DNA of 64,000 nt from Patescibacteria group bacterium (GTDB lineage: Bacteria > Patescibacteriota > Patescibacteriia > JBDRGY01): NCBI GenBank assembly GCA_043817315.1, contig JBDRGY010000001.1, forward strand, positions 154,550-218,549. The letters run 5' to 3'. This document shows positions 47,728 through 57,515 of the stretch, one piece after another. How positions within the stretch are numbered: the first letter of the stretch is position 1; the number at the start of each line of letters is the position of its first letter. Made by a program: the position numbers and the translations under genes. The notes under the pieces are model-generated. The model did no database searches and was not told where the DNA came from. It saw nothing but the letters and a program-made list of their open reading frames with translations.

Positions 47728-48848
47728 AAAAGCGAAGAACCGTATCCGGTCATAAACCAGATTATTTTTTGATGGGTACTGTCTTGATAATTGTCTTATT
47801 TGGTCTGATCATGCTTTCTTCAGCCAGTTCGGTTGTGGCTTTTCAAAAATTCGGCGATCCGAATTACTACGTTAAGCACCAATTTGTCCTCGGTATCTTG
47901 GTGGGAGTGTTGGGTTTTCTAATTATATCCAAGATTGACTATCATCACTGGAAGAGATTAGCGGTGCCGCTATTGGTTTTTACTTTCATCCTTTTGTTTT
48001 TAGTTTTTATGCCTGGTGTTGGTTTCGGTTACGGTGGAGCCAAGCGTTGGATTGCCTTGGGCGGTTACACTTTTCAGCCTTCGGAACTGGCTAAATTGAC
48101 TTTCATAATCTATTTAGCCGCTTGGTTAGAAAAGCGAGGCGAGGTGATAAAGGATCTAAAGCATGGACTCTTGCCCTTTGTTATCCTCTTAGGTAGCGTA
48201 GCTTCATTGATTATTTTTCAGCCAGACATGGGCACCATGCTTTCTTTGGTTGTTTCCTCGGTGGCTGTGTTTTTTGTAGCCGGTGCCCCATTCGCCCACT
48301 TAGCTCTGATTGGGGCCGGAGGAGCTTCTTTAATGTTTTTATTAATCAAGTTAGCTCCTTATCGGGCGGCTCGTCTGACTATTTTCCTAAATCCCGAAAT
48401 TGATCCTCAGGGCATCGGTTATCATATCAATCAAGCTCTTTTGGCTATTGGTTCTGGGGGGATTTTTGGTTTGGGCCTGGGACATTCCCGTCAAAAGTTT
48501 AATTATTTACCCGAGGTAGCTGGAGACTCTATCTTCGCGGTTATTGCCGAAGAATTAGGATTCATGTTTTCCGTATTACTGATTGTCCTTTTTCTCATTC
48601 TAATGCTTCGCGGTTTTCGGATTGCCAGAGCGGCACCAGATAAATTTGGAAAGTTTCTGGCAGTTGGTATTACCTCCTGGTTTGTTTTTCAGGCATTAAT
48701 AAATATCGGTACCATGACTTCAATCCTGCCCTTGACCGGCATACCCCTGCCTTTTATTAGCTATGGCAGTTCCGCTTTAATGATATCCTTGGTGGCTTTT
48801 GGTATCCTGATAAATATCTCCAGGTACACTAAATTGCGCAACGATTAG
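47706..48848 (+). CDS. ftsW: Peptidoglycan glycosyltransferase FtsW (SEDS family)
   Basis: 380 aa with 10 TM helices and the SEDS motifs GGAKRWI and PEVAGDSIFAVI. Confidence 0.9.
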   Translation: MRQRPKVKKRRTVSGHKPDYFLMGTVLIIVLFGLIMLSSASSVVAFQKFGDPNYYVKHQFVLGILVGVLGFLIISKIDYHHWKRLAVPLLVFTFILLFLVFMPGVGFGYGGAKRWIALGGYTFQPSELAKLTFIIYLAAWLEKRGEVIKDLKHGLLPFVILLGSVASLIIFQPDMGTMLSLVVSSVAVFFVAGAPFAHLALIGAGGASLMFLLIKLAPYRAARLTIFLNPEIDPQGIGYHINQALLAIGSGGIFGLGLGHSRQKFNYLPEVAGDSIFAVIAEELGFMFSVLLIVLFLILMLRGFRIARAAPDKFGKFLAVGITSWFVFQALINIGTMTSILPLTGIPLPFISYGSSALMISLVAFGILINISRYTKLRND

Positions 48849-48886
48849 CCTTTACTTTTGGACCCAGATTCTATATATTTAAAGCT

Positions 48887-49939
48887 ATGAAAGTCTGTTT
48901 AGCAGGTGGAGGAACCGGCGGTTCAGTTACTCCTCTTATTGCCCTAGCTCAGGAAATTGAAAAGAGAGGCAAAAAAACTGAGTTTTTATTTATTGGTGGA
49001 AAAGAGGGTCCAGAGGAGCCGATTGCCAAACAATACAAAATACCTTTCAAGAAAATTGACGCCGGTAAATTGCGTCGATATTTTTCATTAAAAAATTTTT
49101 CCGACATCATCAAGACCACTCAAGGGCATTTTCAGGCCAGGAATATTCTTAAAGAGTTTAAGCCCCAAATTATTTTGACAGCTGGCAGCTATGTAGCGGT
49201 TCCAGTTGTTATAGCTGGGAAGGAACTGGGCATCAATTCTTTTATTCATCAACAAGATTACCAGAAAGGATTAGCCAACCGCTTGATGTCTCCCTTTGCC
49301 TCCAAGACAACAGTTGTTTTTAGAAAGTCAATAAGAGATTTTCCTCAGAATAAGACTCATTTAACTGGTAATCCGGTGCGCCAAGAAATTTTTTCAGGAA
49401 ATAAAGAAAAAGCGATCGACATTTTTAAACTGGATAAAAAATTGCCCACCTTGCTTTTCGTCGGGGGGGGGACCGGAGCCTTGGGCTTAAATAAATTGAT
49501 CGCGGGAGCCGCCGATAAGCTGACCCAAGTCTGTCAAATAATTCATATTTGTGGATCAGGAAAGAAAACAGCGATAAAGGACAGTCGCTATCATGTTTAC
49601 GATTTTTTGAAGGATGATCTTAAAGAGGCTTATGCTGCAGCCGATTTGGTTGTCAGCCGAGCTGGCATGGGCGTTTTAAGTGAATTGTCTGCACTGGGAA
49701 AACCCAGCATTCTTCTCCCGTACCCAAAGAGCCATCAGGTAGACAATGCCAAGATGTTTGAAGATGCTTCACTGGTTTTTGATCAGCAGAAGATGACCTC
49801 CCAAAAACTTTTTATAGTAATCAAAGAATTGATTACCAACAGAGACAAGCTGAATTTTCTGTCGGGTGCTATAAAAGAGGTATTACCTAAAAACGCGGCC
49901 AGAAAAATAGTTGATTTGGTTTTTGAGGAATTGTCATGA
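48887..49939 (+). CDS. murG: UDP-GlcNAc:lipid I N-acetylglucosaminyltransferase
   Basis: MKVCLAGGGTGGSVTPLIALAQEI. GT28 family. Confidence 0.9.
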   Translation: MKVCLAGGGTGGSVTPLIALAQEIEKRGKKTEFLFIGGKEGPEEPIAKQYKIPFKKIDAGKLRRYFSLKNFSDIIKTTQGHFQARNILKEFKPQIILTAGSYVAVPVVIAGKELGINSFIHQQDYQKGLANRLMSPFASKTTVVFRKSIRDFPQNKTHLTGNPVRQEIFSGNKEKAIDIFKLDKKLPTLLFVGGGTGALGLNKLIAGAADKLTQVCQIIHICGSGKKTAIKDSRYHVYDFLKDDLKEAYAAADLVVSRAGMGVLSELSALGKPSILLPYPKSHQVDNAKMFEDASLVFDQQKMTSQKLFIVIKELITNRDKLNFLSGAIKEVLPKNAARKIVDLVFEELS

Positions 49940-51306
49940 ATTTAGACTCTATTAAAAAAATCCATATGGTGGGAATCGGAGGAATCGGTGTTTCCGGCCT
50001 GGCCAGAATGATGTTGGTAATGGGCAAAGAGGTGTCTGGGTCAGATGTTGTAGATTCGCCAATAGTTTCTGATTTAAATGAAAAGGGAGCCCAGATTTTT
50101 TTAGAGCATGATATCAATAATGTGAGTAAAGATATTGATTTACTGGTTTATTCATCGGCTGTGCCCCCGGATAATCCGGAAATCGGCGCCGCCCAAAAAT
50201 ATGGCAAAAAACAGCTATCATATCACCAGTTTTTAGGCCAGTTAATGGTTGATAAATACGGGATAGCTATTTCCGGTACCAACGGTAAAAGTACAGTGAC
50301 TGCTATGATTGGATTAATATTGTTAAAGGCCGGACTGGACCCAACGGTAACCGTGGGCACCAATATCGCTGAGTTTGATGGAAATTCTCGTTGGGGTCAA
50401 TCGAAGTATTTCGTGGCCGAGGCCTGTGAGTACCAGGCGCATATGCTAGAGCTAAATCCGGCCGCAATAGTCCTGACGAATATCAGTAAAGATCACCTGG
50501 ATTTTTATAAAGGGCTGGATGATATTGTGGCTCACTTCCAAAAGTTTGTTGACAAGCTAAAGCCAGATGGAAAACTGATAATAAATAATGACGATAATAA
50601 TCTGAACAAGCTGGCAACTTCTTCTGAGTTAATAACTTATGGTATTGATAATGATTCTGATCTTTTGGCTAAAGACATTACGATTGGTTCAGAAGAGCAG
50701 ATGTTTAATTTAATTTGGAAAGGTGAAGACCTGGGTCAATTTAAGTTAGCAATACCTTCCCGGTTTAATATTTACAATTCCCTGGCCTCAGCTGCTACGT
50801 GTTTAAATCTAGGAGTTGATCCTGGTGTAATTAAGGAATTCTTAGGAAGCTTTACCGGATTGTGGCGGCGTTTCCAACTGATCGGTGCCATCAACGGGGT
50901 TAAGGTCATTTCTGATTATGCCCATCATCCCGATGCTATTAAGGGAATAATCCAGGGCATAAAAGATTTTTATCCTCAAAAAAGGTTGGTTGTAGTCTTT
51001 CAACCCCACCAGCATGCTCGAACAAAAACCTTGTTCAACGAATTTGTGGATTCTTTTACCGGTGCCGACCTCCTAATCCTAAGTGAGATTTATCATGTAG
51101 TCGGCAGAGAGCAGCCACAATACCAGGATGTTAGTTCCAAAGATCTTTATGATAAAGTTAAAAATAAGATGACTAACGTATTTTACGCCAAGGATTTGCA
51201 GGAAGCAAAAAATTTGGTAGAAGAAAATCTTGGCTCCGACGACCTACTTCTCATTTTGGGAGCTGGTGACATCTACAAGGTGGGACAAGAGCTGATAAAA
51301 AAATAA
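49936..51306 (+). CDS. murC: UDP-N-acetylmuramate--L-alanine ligase
   Basis: IHMVGIGGIGVSGLA and IAISGTNGKSTVTAMI motifs. Confidence 0.9.
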   Translation: MNLDSIKKIHMVGIGGIGVSGLARMMLVMGKEVSGSDVVDSPIVSDLNEKGAQIFLEHDINNVSKDIDLLVYSSAVPPDNPEIGAAQKYGKKQLSYHQFLGQLMVDKYGIAISGTNGKSTVTAMIGLILLKAGLDPTVTVGTNIAEFDGNSRWGQSKYFVAEACEYQAHMLELNPAAIVLTNISKDHLDFYKGLDDIVAHFQKFVDKLKPDGKLIINNDDNNLNKLATSSELITYGIDNDSDLLAKDITIGSEEQMFNLIWKGEDLGQFKLAIPSRFNIYNSLASAATCLNLGVDPGVIKEFLGSFTGLWRRFQLIGAINGVKVISDYAHHPDAIKGIIQGIKDFYPQKRLVVVFQPHQHARTKTLFNEFVDSFTGADLLILSEIYHVVGREQPQYQDVSSKDLYDKVKNKMTNVFYAKDLQEAKNLVEENLGSDDLLLILGAGDIYKVGQELIKK

Positions 51307-51308
51307 AC

Positions 51309-52205
51309 ATGGATTTACCAGAAATTTTAAAAAATGAATTAAAAGGAATTAAGGCAAAAGTACCTTTAGCCCGTTACACCACATTTAGGATTGGCGGACC
51401 GGCTTCCTTTTTTTATTCGGCCAAGTCGAACGACCTACTTGTTAAAAGTATTAAACTAGCCATTCAGGAAAAGGTGCCTTACTTCCTCTTAAGTGGCGGC
51501 TCCAACGTTTTAGTGTCTGATACAGGATTTGATGGTTTGGTAATCAAGGCGGACAACCAAAATTTTCAATTTACTGATAACACCTTGGAAGCTGATTCCG
51601 GGGTGATCTTGAATAAACTAGTGGCCGAAGGTACCAAGAGAGGATTATCAGGGCTGGAATGGGCAGCTGGTATTCCCGGAACAGTAGGAGGGGCTATTCG
51701 GGGCAATGCCGGAGCCAAGGACGGAGAGATGAAGGACATTGTAGACTGGGTGGAAGTGGTAAAAGAAGATGGTGACACTATTAATATGAGCTCCAAAGAC
51801 TGTCAGTTTAAATACCGTGATAGTTTGTTTAAAAACAAGGATTTAATCATAATTTCGGCCAAATTAAACTTAGAGCAAGATGATCAACAACAGATTCAGC
51901 AAAGAGTTGCCTCAAACTTAAAAAACCGTTTAGATACTCAACCGTTTCAGGAACATTCAGCTGGTTGTATTTTTAAGAATCCGGAAGGCGCCAGCGCCGG
52001 GCAGTTGATCGATCAAGCTGGTTTAAAAGGAAAGAAAATAGGAGGAGCTGAAGTTTCAGACAAACATGCGAATTTCATTGTTAACACCGGCAAAGCTACG
52101 GCTGAACAGGTGGTGATGCTTATTGGCCTGATCAAGCAAAAAATTCGTAATCAACACAATATACAACTTCAAGAAGAGATAGAATACATCGGATTTGATA
52201 ATTGA
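51309..52205 (+). CDS. murB: UDP-N-acetylenolpyruvoylglucosamine reductase
   Basis: ARYTTFRIGGPA and the FAD-binding domain. 298 aa. Confidence 0.9.
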   Translation: MDLPEILKNELKGIKAKVPLARYTTFRIGGPASFFYSAKSNDLLVKSIKLAIQEKVPYFLLSGGSNVLVSDTGFDGLVIKADNQNFQFTDNTLEADSGVILNKLVAEGTKRGLSGLEWAAGIPGTVGGAIRGNAGAKDGEMKDIVDWVEVVKEDGDTINMSSKDCQFKYRDSLFKNKDLIIISAKLNLEQDDQQQIQQRVASNLKNRLDTQPFQEHSAGCIFKNPEGASAGQLIDQAGLKGKKIGGAEVSDKHANFIVNTGKATAEQVVMLIGLIKQKIRNQHNIQLQEEIEYIGFDN

Positions 52206-52239
52206 TAATAATAGCATTGTCTGATAGACTGACTAAACT

Positions 52240-55002
52240 ATGGCATTTTTAGGTAAAATTTTTGGCGATACCAACAAGAAAGAGTTAGACAAACTCCAGT
52301 CTTTAATTGATAAAATTAACGGGCAAGAAAAACACTTTGCTGGTTTTTCTGATGATCGTTTACGCCAGCAAACTAAAGAGTTCCAGAAACGATTAAAGGA
52401 TAATCCTAAAGATGTTGATATTATTTTGCCTGAGGCCTTTGCCATGGTGCGTGAAGCGGCCAAAAGGACTTTGAAACAGAGGCATTATGATGTCCAGCTA
52501 TTGGGAGGAATTGTTTTGCATCAAGGCAAAATAGCTGAAATGAGAACCGGAGAAGGAAAAACCTTAGCCGCTACTTTGCCAGTATATTTAAACGCCTTGA
52601 CCGGAAAAGGAGTTCACGTGGTCACAGTCAATGATTATTTGGCCAGGCGTGATGCTGTTTGGATGGGGCAGATCTACCATCTTTTGGGTTTATCTGTATC
52701 TTGCATACAGCACGAGTCCGCTTTTTTGTATGACCCCAAGGCCACAAAGTCCGAAGTTAATGAATTAGCTTTAGTGGATATTGACCTAGACAGTTTACGA
52801 CCAATTACCCGACCGGAAGCATATAAAGTGGATATTACCTACGGTACCAACAACGAATTTGGTTTTGATTACTTGCGTGACAATATGGCCCCGTCGCTGG
52901 AGCGTCAAGCACAGCGGCTCTTGGCTTATGCTATTGTCGACGAAGTTGATAGTATTTTGATAGATGAAGCCCGCACACCTTTAATAATCTCTTCACCCAC
53001 TGCGGAACCAACTGATAAATATTACAAGTTTGCCCAACTGGTCAGACAATTGCAGGAGAACCAACACTTTAATATTGATGAAAAGATGCGGGCAGCTACT
53101 TTTTCAGACGGCGGTCAAGATGCCATAGCCAAAATCCTTAATTACGACCCCTGGCAGGAAAACCGCTGGGAAGATATTCATCACCTAGAACAAGCATTGC
53201 GAGCCGAAACCCTGTTTAAACGCGACAAAGATTATGTGGCCAAGGACGGTGAGATTATTATCATCGATGAATTCACGGGACGTTTAATGTTTGGGAGGCG
53301 CTATTCAGAAGGTTTACACCAAGCCATAGAAGCTAAGGAAAACGTTGATATCAAGCAGGAAAGTATTACTATGGCCACCATTACCTTCCAGAATTATTTT
53401 CGGATGTATCAGAAATTGGGGGGTATGACCGGTACAGCAGCCACTGAAGCAGAAGAATTTTCCAAAATCTATGATCTGGATGTGGTAATTATACCCACTA
53501 ACGAACCGATGGTCAGGAAGGATAAGCCGGATAAAATATACAAAACCGAAGAGGCCAAATACCAAGCAGTAATTGAAGATATAAGATCAAAACACGAAAT
53601 AGGACAACCGATCTTAGTCGGCACTATTTCTATAGACAAAAATGAATACCTTGGTTCACTCTTGACCAAGGCAGGAATTCCTCACCAGATTCTCAACGCT
53701 AAGCAACATGAAAAGGAAGCCAGTATCATCGCTCAGGCCGGAAAGTTGGGAGCAGTTACCGTGGCCACCAATATGGCGGGTAGGGGAGTCGATATCATAC
53801 TTGGTGGTAATCCACCGGACTATGAAGAAGCTGACCAGGTAAAGAAAAAAGGTGGACTGGCTATTATTGGTACGGAACGGCATGAAGCCAGACGAATAGA
53901 TAACCAACTGCGTGGACGTTCCGGTCGTCAGGGAGATGCCGGTGTTTCTCAATTCTATGCATCTTTGGAAGATGACCTGATGCGAATCTTTGGTTCTGAT
54001 AGAATCAAGGGGATTATGAACCGACTGGGTGTGCCTGATGATATGCCTATTGAACACAGCATGATCTCTAGGTCAATCGAAACAGCTCAGAAGAAAGTCG
54101 AAGGCCATAACTTTGATATTCGTAAACACTTAGTGGAATACGACGACGTTATTAACAAGCATCGTGAAGTCATCTACGGACGTCGCCAGAAGATACTGAC
54201 CATGGACGACAAGAGTGATCGGCTAAAAAAAGAGATTCTGGACACAGTGAACAAGGAAATTGAACAAGTAGTTTCTTTTCACACAGCCGTGGACGATGAA
54301 AAGTCCTGGAATCTCGATGAAATTTATGAAGTGGTAGATACGGTCTTTCCCATTGATATTAAAGAAAGAATAAAACTGGAAGATATTCGTGAAAAAGCCG
54401 GCGACAAGATGCAAGACGCCAGAAGCCGCACTGAAATTATTCAGTATCTAGAACAGCTGGCCAAAATACGTTATGACCAACTTGAAGAGAGAATAATAAA
54501 TAATGCACCGGCACAGTTTGACAAAGGAGACAGCCGAATAATGCGCGGCATTGAAAGAAGCATGCTGTTACGTTCCATTGACACTCTTTGGGTAGAGCAT
54601 ATTGACATGATGGACCATTTGAGAACAGGAATCGGACTTAGAGGCTATGGACAAGCAGATCCTTTAGTAGAGTATAAAAAAGAAGCTTACTCACTATTCA
54701 CCGCTCTATTAAACAATATAAATAAACAAGTAGCTTATACAATTTACAAAGTAGGCATTGCTCAAGAGACTCAGAATGATCAGCAAAAGAAAATGGTTTA
54801 TCAGGCTCCGGCCAAAAACATGACTAATACCACCAAACCAGCCGCTTTTGTGGCTCAGGATGATACTGCTTCAGCCAAGGACGAAGCTAGGCCAGACAGC
54901 ATCAAGGAAAAGGCCAAAGACGCCGCCGGGAAGAAGGTAGGTCGTAATGATCCCTGCCCCTGTGGTTCCGGGAAGAAATATAAGAAGTGTTGTGGTAAGT
55001 AG
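52240..55002 (+). CDS. secA: Preprotein translocase ATPase SecA
   Basis: 920 aa with Walker A MRTGEGKTL and DEAD-like motifs. C-terminal zinc finger CPCGSGKKYKKCCG. Confidence 0.95.
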   Translation: MAFLGKIFGDTNKKELDKLQSLIDKINGQEKHFAGFSDDRLRQQTKEFQKRLKDNPKDVDIILPEAFAMVREAAKRTLKQRHYDVQLLGGIVLHQGKIAEMRTGEGKTLAATLPVYLNALTGKGVHVVTVNDYLARRDAVWMGQIYHLLGLSVSCIQHESAFLYDPKATKSEVNELALVDIDLDSLRPITRPEAYKVDITYGTNNEFGFDYLRDNMAPSLERQAQRLLAYAIVDEVDSILIDEARTPLIISSPTAEPTDKYYKFAQLVRQLQENQHFNIDEKMRAATFSDGGQDAIAKILNYDPWQENRWEDIHHLEQALRAETLFKRDKDYVAKDGEIIIIDEFTGRLMFGRRYSEGLHQAIEAKENVDIKQESITMATITFQNYFRMYQKLGGMTGTAATEAEEFSKIYDLDVVIIPTNEPMVRKDKPDKIYKTEEAKYQAVIEDIRSKHEIGQPILVGTISIDKNEYLGSLLTKAGIPHQILNAKQHEKEASIIAQAGKLGAVTVATNMAGRGVDIILGGNPPDYEEADQVKKKGGLAIIGTERHEARRIDNQLRGRSGRQGDAGVSQFYASLEDDLMRIFGSDRIKGIMNRLGVPDDMPIEHSMISRSIETAQKKVEGHNFDIRKHLVEYDDVINKHREVIYGRRQKILTMDDKSDRLKKEILDTVNKEIEQVVSFHTAVDDEKSWNLDEIYEVVDTVFPIDIKERIKLEDIREKAGDKMQDARSRTEIIQYLEQLAKIRYDQLEERIINNAPAQFDKGDSRIMRGIERSMLLRSIDTLWVEHIDMMDHLRTGIGLRGYGQADPLVEYKKEAYSLFTALLNNINKQVAYTIYKVGIAQETQNDQQKKMVYQAPAKNMTNTTKPAAFVAQDDTASAKDEARPDSIKEKAKDAAGKKVGRNDPCPCGSGKKYKKCCGK

Positions 55003-55005
55003 CTC

Positions 55006-55034
55006 TTGACTTATTCTAAAAAATGTGCTAATAT
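55006..55034 (+). promoter_or_regulatory. Sigma-70-like promoter (TTGACT-17-TAATAT) downstream of secA
   Basis: TTGACT at 55006-55011, 17-bp spacer, TAATAT at 55029-55034. Confidence 0.5.
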
Positions 55035-55060
55035 TATAGTGTTGTTCCTTAAATAGGAAA

Positions 55061-55078
55061 CAAAAACAAAAACAAAAG
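55061..55078. repeat. Short tandem repeat (CAAAAA)x3
   Basis: caaaaacaaaaacaaaag, seen directly. Confidence 0.7.
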
Positions 55079-55082
55079 GACA

Positions 55083-55171
55083 GGCTAGGAGTCCTCATCT
55101 AATTTGGGACACCTTGAGCCTGAGTACAATAATTTGGACTTAAAGTGTCTCAAATTAGTGGACTCCTAGCC
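55083..55171 (+). promoter_or_regulatory. Structured 5' leader / operator-like nested inverted repeats upstream of the L,D-transpeptidase gene
   Basis: GGCTAGGAGTCC at 55083-55094 and its reverse complement GGACTCCTAGCC at 55160-55171. Three copies of TAATTTGG(G)AC at about 55099 and 55129, and inverted at 55150, allow alternative pairings. Confidence 0.5.
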
Positions 55172-55207
55172 TTCACCCCTTGTTTCCAATTTAGGAATAA
55201 AACAAAA

Positions 55208-56644
55208 ATGAAAAAAACTGCAAAAAGTTTTTATTTTTTTATGGTAATCCTTTTGGGGATTATTTTTTTATACCCAGAGGGACTTTTGGCTTACTACCAG
55301 AGGGAGACGGAAGTTAAGGTTTATACCACGGGTAACTTAAGCCTCTACGACAGCTTCAAGCCTTTTTCCTCGGAGTTTCTAGGGGGCGCTGACATTGCCT
55401 TGGGTGATTTGGGAGGTGATGGAATTGACGAAGTTGTTTTGGGCACTGGCCCTGGGGATTCTCCTTACGTCAAAGTACTAAGAGCTGATGGAACCGAAAT
55501 CAATACCTTCTTGGCTTACGGTTCCTTTTTTGATAGGGGAATAACTGTAACCACTTGTGATCTTGATAATGATAATCAGGAAGAAATTATTACCGGTACC
55601 CGCTACGGTGGTGGACCACAAGTCCGGGTTTTTGATGGATATGGTAATTTAAAATTCACTCCAGGCTTTTATGCTTACGATATGAAATTCCGCGGCGGCG
55701 TCAATGTAGCTTGTGGAGACCTGGATGGAGACGGTTATCGGGAGATAATCACTGCACCGGGACCTTCCGGCGGTCCTCACATCCGGGTGTTTAACCGTTA
55801 CGGTGAATATCTGGGAGTTGACTTCTATCCGTTTGAAGATTCTTTCCGGGGAGGGATATCAATAGCTGTTGCTAATTTTGACGGCGGACCAGAGGAAGAA
55901 TTAATTGCCGGCAGACAGAGTTATGGACGTTCTCAAATAATTACATTTAAAACTTCGCCTGAAACCTACGTCATCGGTGACTTCGTAGCTTTCACTGACG
56001 ACTTTTTGGGGGGAGTAAATCTGGCTGGTGGTGATATTGACCATGACGGCTATGACGAAGTAATTGCCACTGCCAATGCAGGAGGTGGTCCTCATGTCAG
56101 ATCATTTGAGGGATACGGAGAGTTTACTGGAAAACAGTTTTTTGCCTACGAAGGAGATTTCCGAGGGGGCACTAATGTAGCTATGGGTGATATGGATGGA
56201 GGAGGTCTAAAAGAAATTTTTGTGGCTCCGAATTCTAAAGTTCTTGAAGGCCGAACCGATTTATATAAATACATCGAAATTGATATTTCGGAACAGAAGC
56301 TGCAATATTTTGAAAACGGATTCAAGATAGGGGAGTATCCGGTTTCTACAGGCAAGGTTGGAATGCCCACCCCCTACGGTGAATTTAAAGTGATGAGCAG
56401 AAGTTTGGATGCTTACTCATCTAAGTATGCCTTGTGGATGCCTTGGTGGCAGCAGTTTACTTCTGCCGGTCATGGTATTCACGGTTTACCTTATTGGAAA
56501 CTAAGCGGCGGCGGAGTATACAAAGAAGGAGAGAACCATTTAGGATTGCGAGTTTCCCACGGCTGTGTCCGCTTGCCTTGGGAGGGAGCAGAGAAATTAT
56601 ATAATTGGTCCTCAACGGGAACCGTAATCATCATCCACGAATAA
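55208..56644 (+). CDS. Secreted FG-GAP/beta-propeller repeat protein fused to a C-terminal YkuD-type L,D-transpeptidase domain
   Basis: Signal peptide MKKTAKSFYFFMVILLGIIF. About 6 repeats of GDxDGDGxDExxxGxGxGGGPxVRVF. C-terminal HGIHG...RVSHGCVRLP catalytic His/Cys motif. The upstream ATG at 55145 lies inside the leader inverted repeat and is less likely to be the start. Confidence 0.75.
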   Translation: MKKTAKSFYFFMVILLGIIFLYPEGLLAYYQRETEVKVYTTGNLSLYDSFKPFSSEFLGGADIALGDLGGDGIDEVVLGTGPGDSPYVKVLRADGTEINTFLAYGSFFDRGITVTTCDLDNDNQEEIITGTRYGGGPQVRVFDGYGNLKFTPGFYAYDMKFRGGVNVACGDLDGDGYREIITAPGPSGGPHIRVFNRYGEYLGVDFYPFEDSFRGGISIAVANFDGGPEEELIAGRQSYGRSQIITFKTSPETYVIGDFVAFTDDFLGGVNLAGGDIDHDGYDEVIATANAGGGPHVRSFEGYGEFTGKQFFAYEGDFRGGTNVAMGDMDGGGLKEIFVAPNSKVLEGRTDLYKYIEIDISEQKLQYFENGFKIGEYPVSTGKVGMPTPYGEFKVMSRSLDAYSSKYALWMPWWQQFTSAGHGIHGLPYWKLSGGGVYKEGENHLGLRVSHGCVRLPWEGAEKLYNWSSTGTVIIIHE

Positions 56645-56661
56645 CCATCTGTAGATAAAAA

Positions 56662-56700
56662 AGACCCGACTATATAGGTTATGTCGGGTTCTTTGTTTTG
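56662..56700. terminator. Bidirectional intrinsic terminator between the L,D-transpeptidase gene and GC-rich island 2
   Basis: aaaaaGACCCGACtatataggttatGTCGGGTTctttgttttg: 7-8 bp stem with A/T runs on both sides. Confidence 0.65.
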
Positions 56701-56711
56701 TGATAGGTGCC

Positions 56712-56945
56712 TTATTGCTTCAGCATCATTCTGGGGCCGCCACCACCGGAAGCACGGTAGCGTCTTCCCCGATGGAAACGATTGGGGTCGCGGGCCCGCT
56801 TGATGGCGTCATCAATTGCAGCCATAACCTTGGGTAAGTCTCTGGCCCCGCGGACAATTCTGGCGAAGTTAGCGCGACGTTGTCGAGCTTCTTCTGGAGT
56901 TGGCTTACGACGAACGGGACTGGATGAACCTTCCTTGTCAGGCAT
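56712..56945 (-). CDS. Island-2 small highly basic protein (77 aa), hypothetical nucleic-acid-binding
   Basis: AGGAGG ribosome-binding site 4 nt before the ATG. Arg/Lys-rich with a Gly-rich tail. RRKPTPEEARQRR motif related to the neighbouring paralogs. Confidence 0.5.
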   Translation of the reverse strand: MPDKEGSSSPVRRKPTPEEARQRRANFARIVRGARDLPKVMAAIDDAIKRARDPNRFHRGRRYRASGGGGPRMMLKQ

Positions 56946-57282
56946 CAGACCTCCTCTTCTTTCTTACTTGACTAAGGTATCGTTGCCAGCTCTCTGGAGG
57001 TGGCGGAGGTTTCTGCCCGATAGCTGCCCAAGCCTCTGTTTCGAATCTTTCTCTTCTCCTTCGTCTCTCGATGGCACGACCATGGGAATGTGAGCAGGGG
57101 TCGATACTGGTCGATCTCTCGATGCTTCTGGCCATGTTAGCCATCTTGGTCATGTCTTCGGCTTTTCTTACTGGATTGATCAGAGGTTCGCCCGGCTGGC
57201 GTTTCCTGCGACAGGCACGTCGAAATTGTAGTAATGCCCTTCTGTCATCCGCCGTCCCATCTACTGCTTTCTTTTTGGCCAT
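56938..57282 (-). CDS. Island-2 small basic protein (114 aa) with poly-Pro tract, hypothetical
   Basis: AAGGAGG ribosome-binding site. MAKKK start like the 68-aa paralog. RRRRRER and PPPPP tracts. Confidence 0.5.
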   Translation of the reverse strand: MAKKKAVDGTADDRRALLQFRRACRRKRQPGEPLINPVRKAEDMTKMANMARSIERSTSIDPCSHSHGRAIERRRRRERFETEAWAAIGQKPPPPPESWQRYLSQVRKKRRSDA

Positions 57283-57294
57283 AGAGCCTCCTTG

Positions 57295-57498
57295 CTAGAG
57301 CATAGAAGGATCGAAACCCATTCCCGGTCTACCCATCAAACAACCAACCATAAAACGCATGTTCATCATCTGAGTGATCAGTCTTTGACTGCGTTCAATC
57401 TCTTGCCTGAGCAGTCGGCAGCTTTCCACTGCCTGTTCGATCTCAGACTTGGTGGGATAGCGGTAAGGCTTAGCTTGTTTCTTTCTTCTCTTAGCCAT
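57295..57498 (-). CDS. Island-2 small basic protein (68 aa), paralog of the 71-aa protein, with Met/Gly-rich C-terminus
   Basis: AGGAGGTAAGG ribosome-binding site plus ATG (MAKRRKKQAKPYRYPTKSEIEQ). The longer ORF-track start would overlap the upstream gene by 73 bp. Confidence 0.55.
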   Translation of the reverse strand: MAKRRKKQAKPYRYPTKSEIEQAVESCRLLRQEIERSQRLITQMMNMRFMVGCLMGRPGMGFDPSML

Positions 57499-57515
57499 GA
57501 CCTTACCTCCTAGGT

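Noticed and set aside
55145-55207. Upstream ATG at 55145 as the start of the L,D-transpeptidase gene (as in the ORF track)
   Set aside because: The extension (MSQISGLLAFTPCFQFRNKTK) overlaps the leader inverted repeat and precedes a much better signal-peptide start (MKKTAKSFYFF...) at 55208. The longer form cannot be excluded.
57295-57498. Tandem basic small proteins as RiPP precursor peptides
   Set aside because: RiPP leaders are usually acidic or neutral, and no maturase (YcaO, radical SAM, LanM, etc.) is nearby. It is kept only as an aside inside the island finding.
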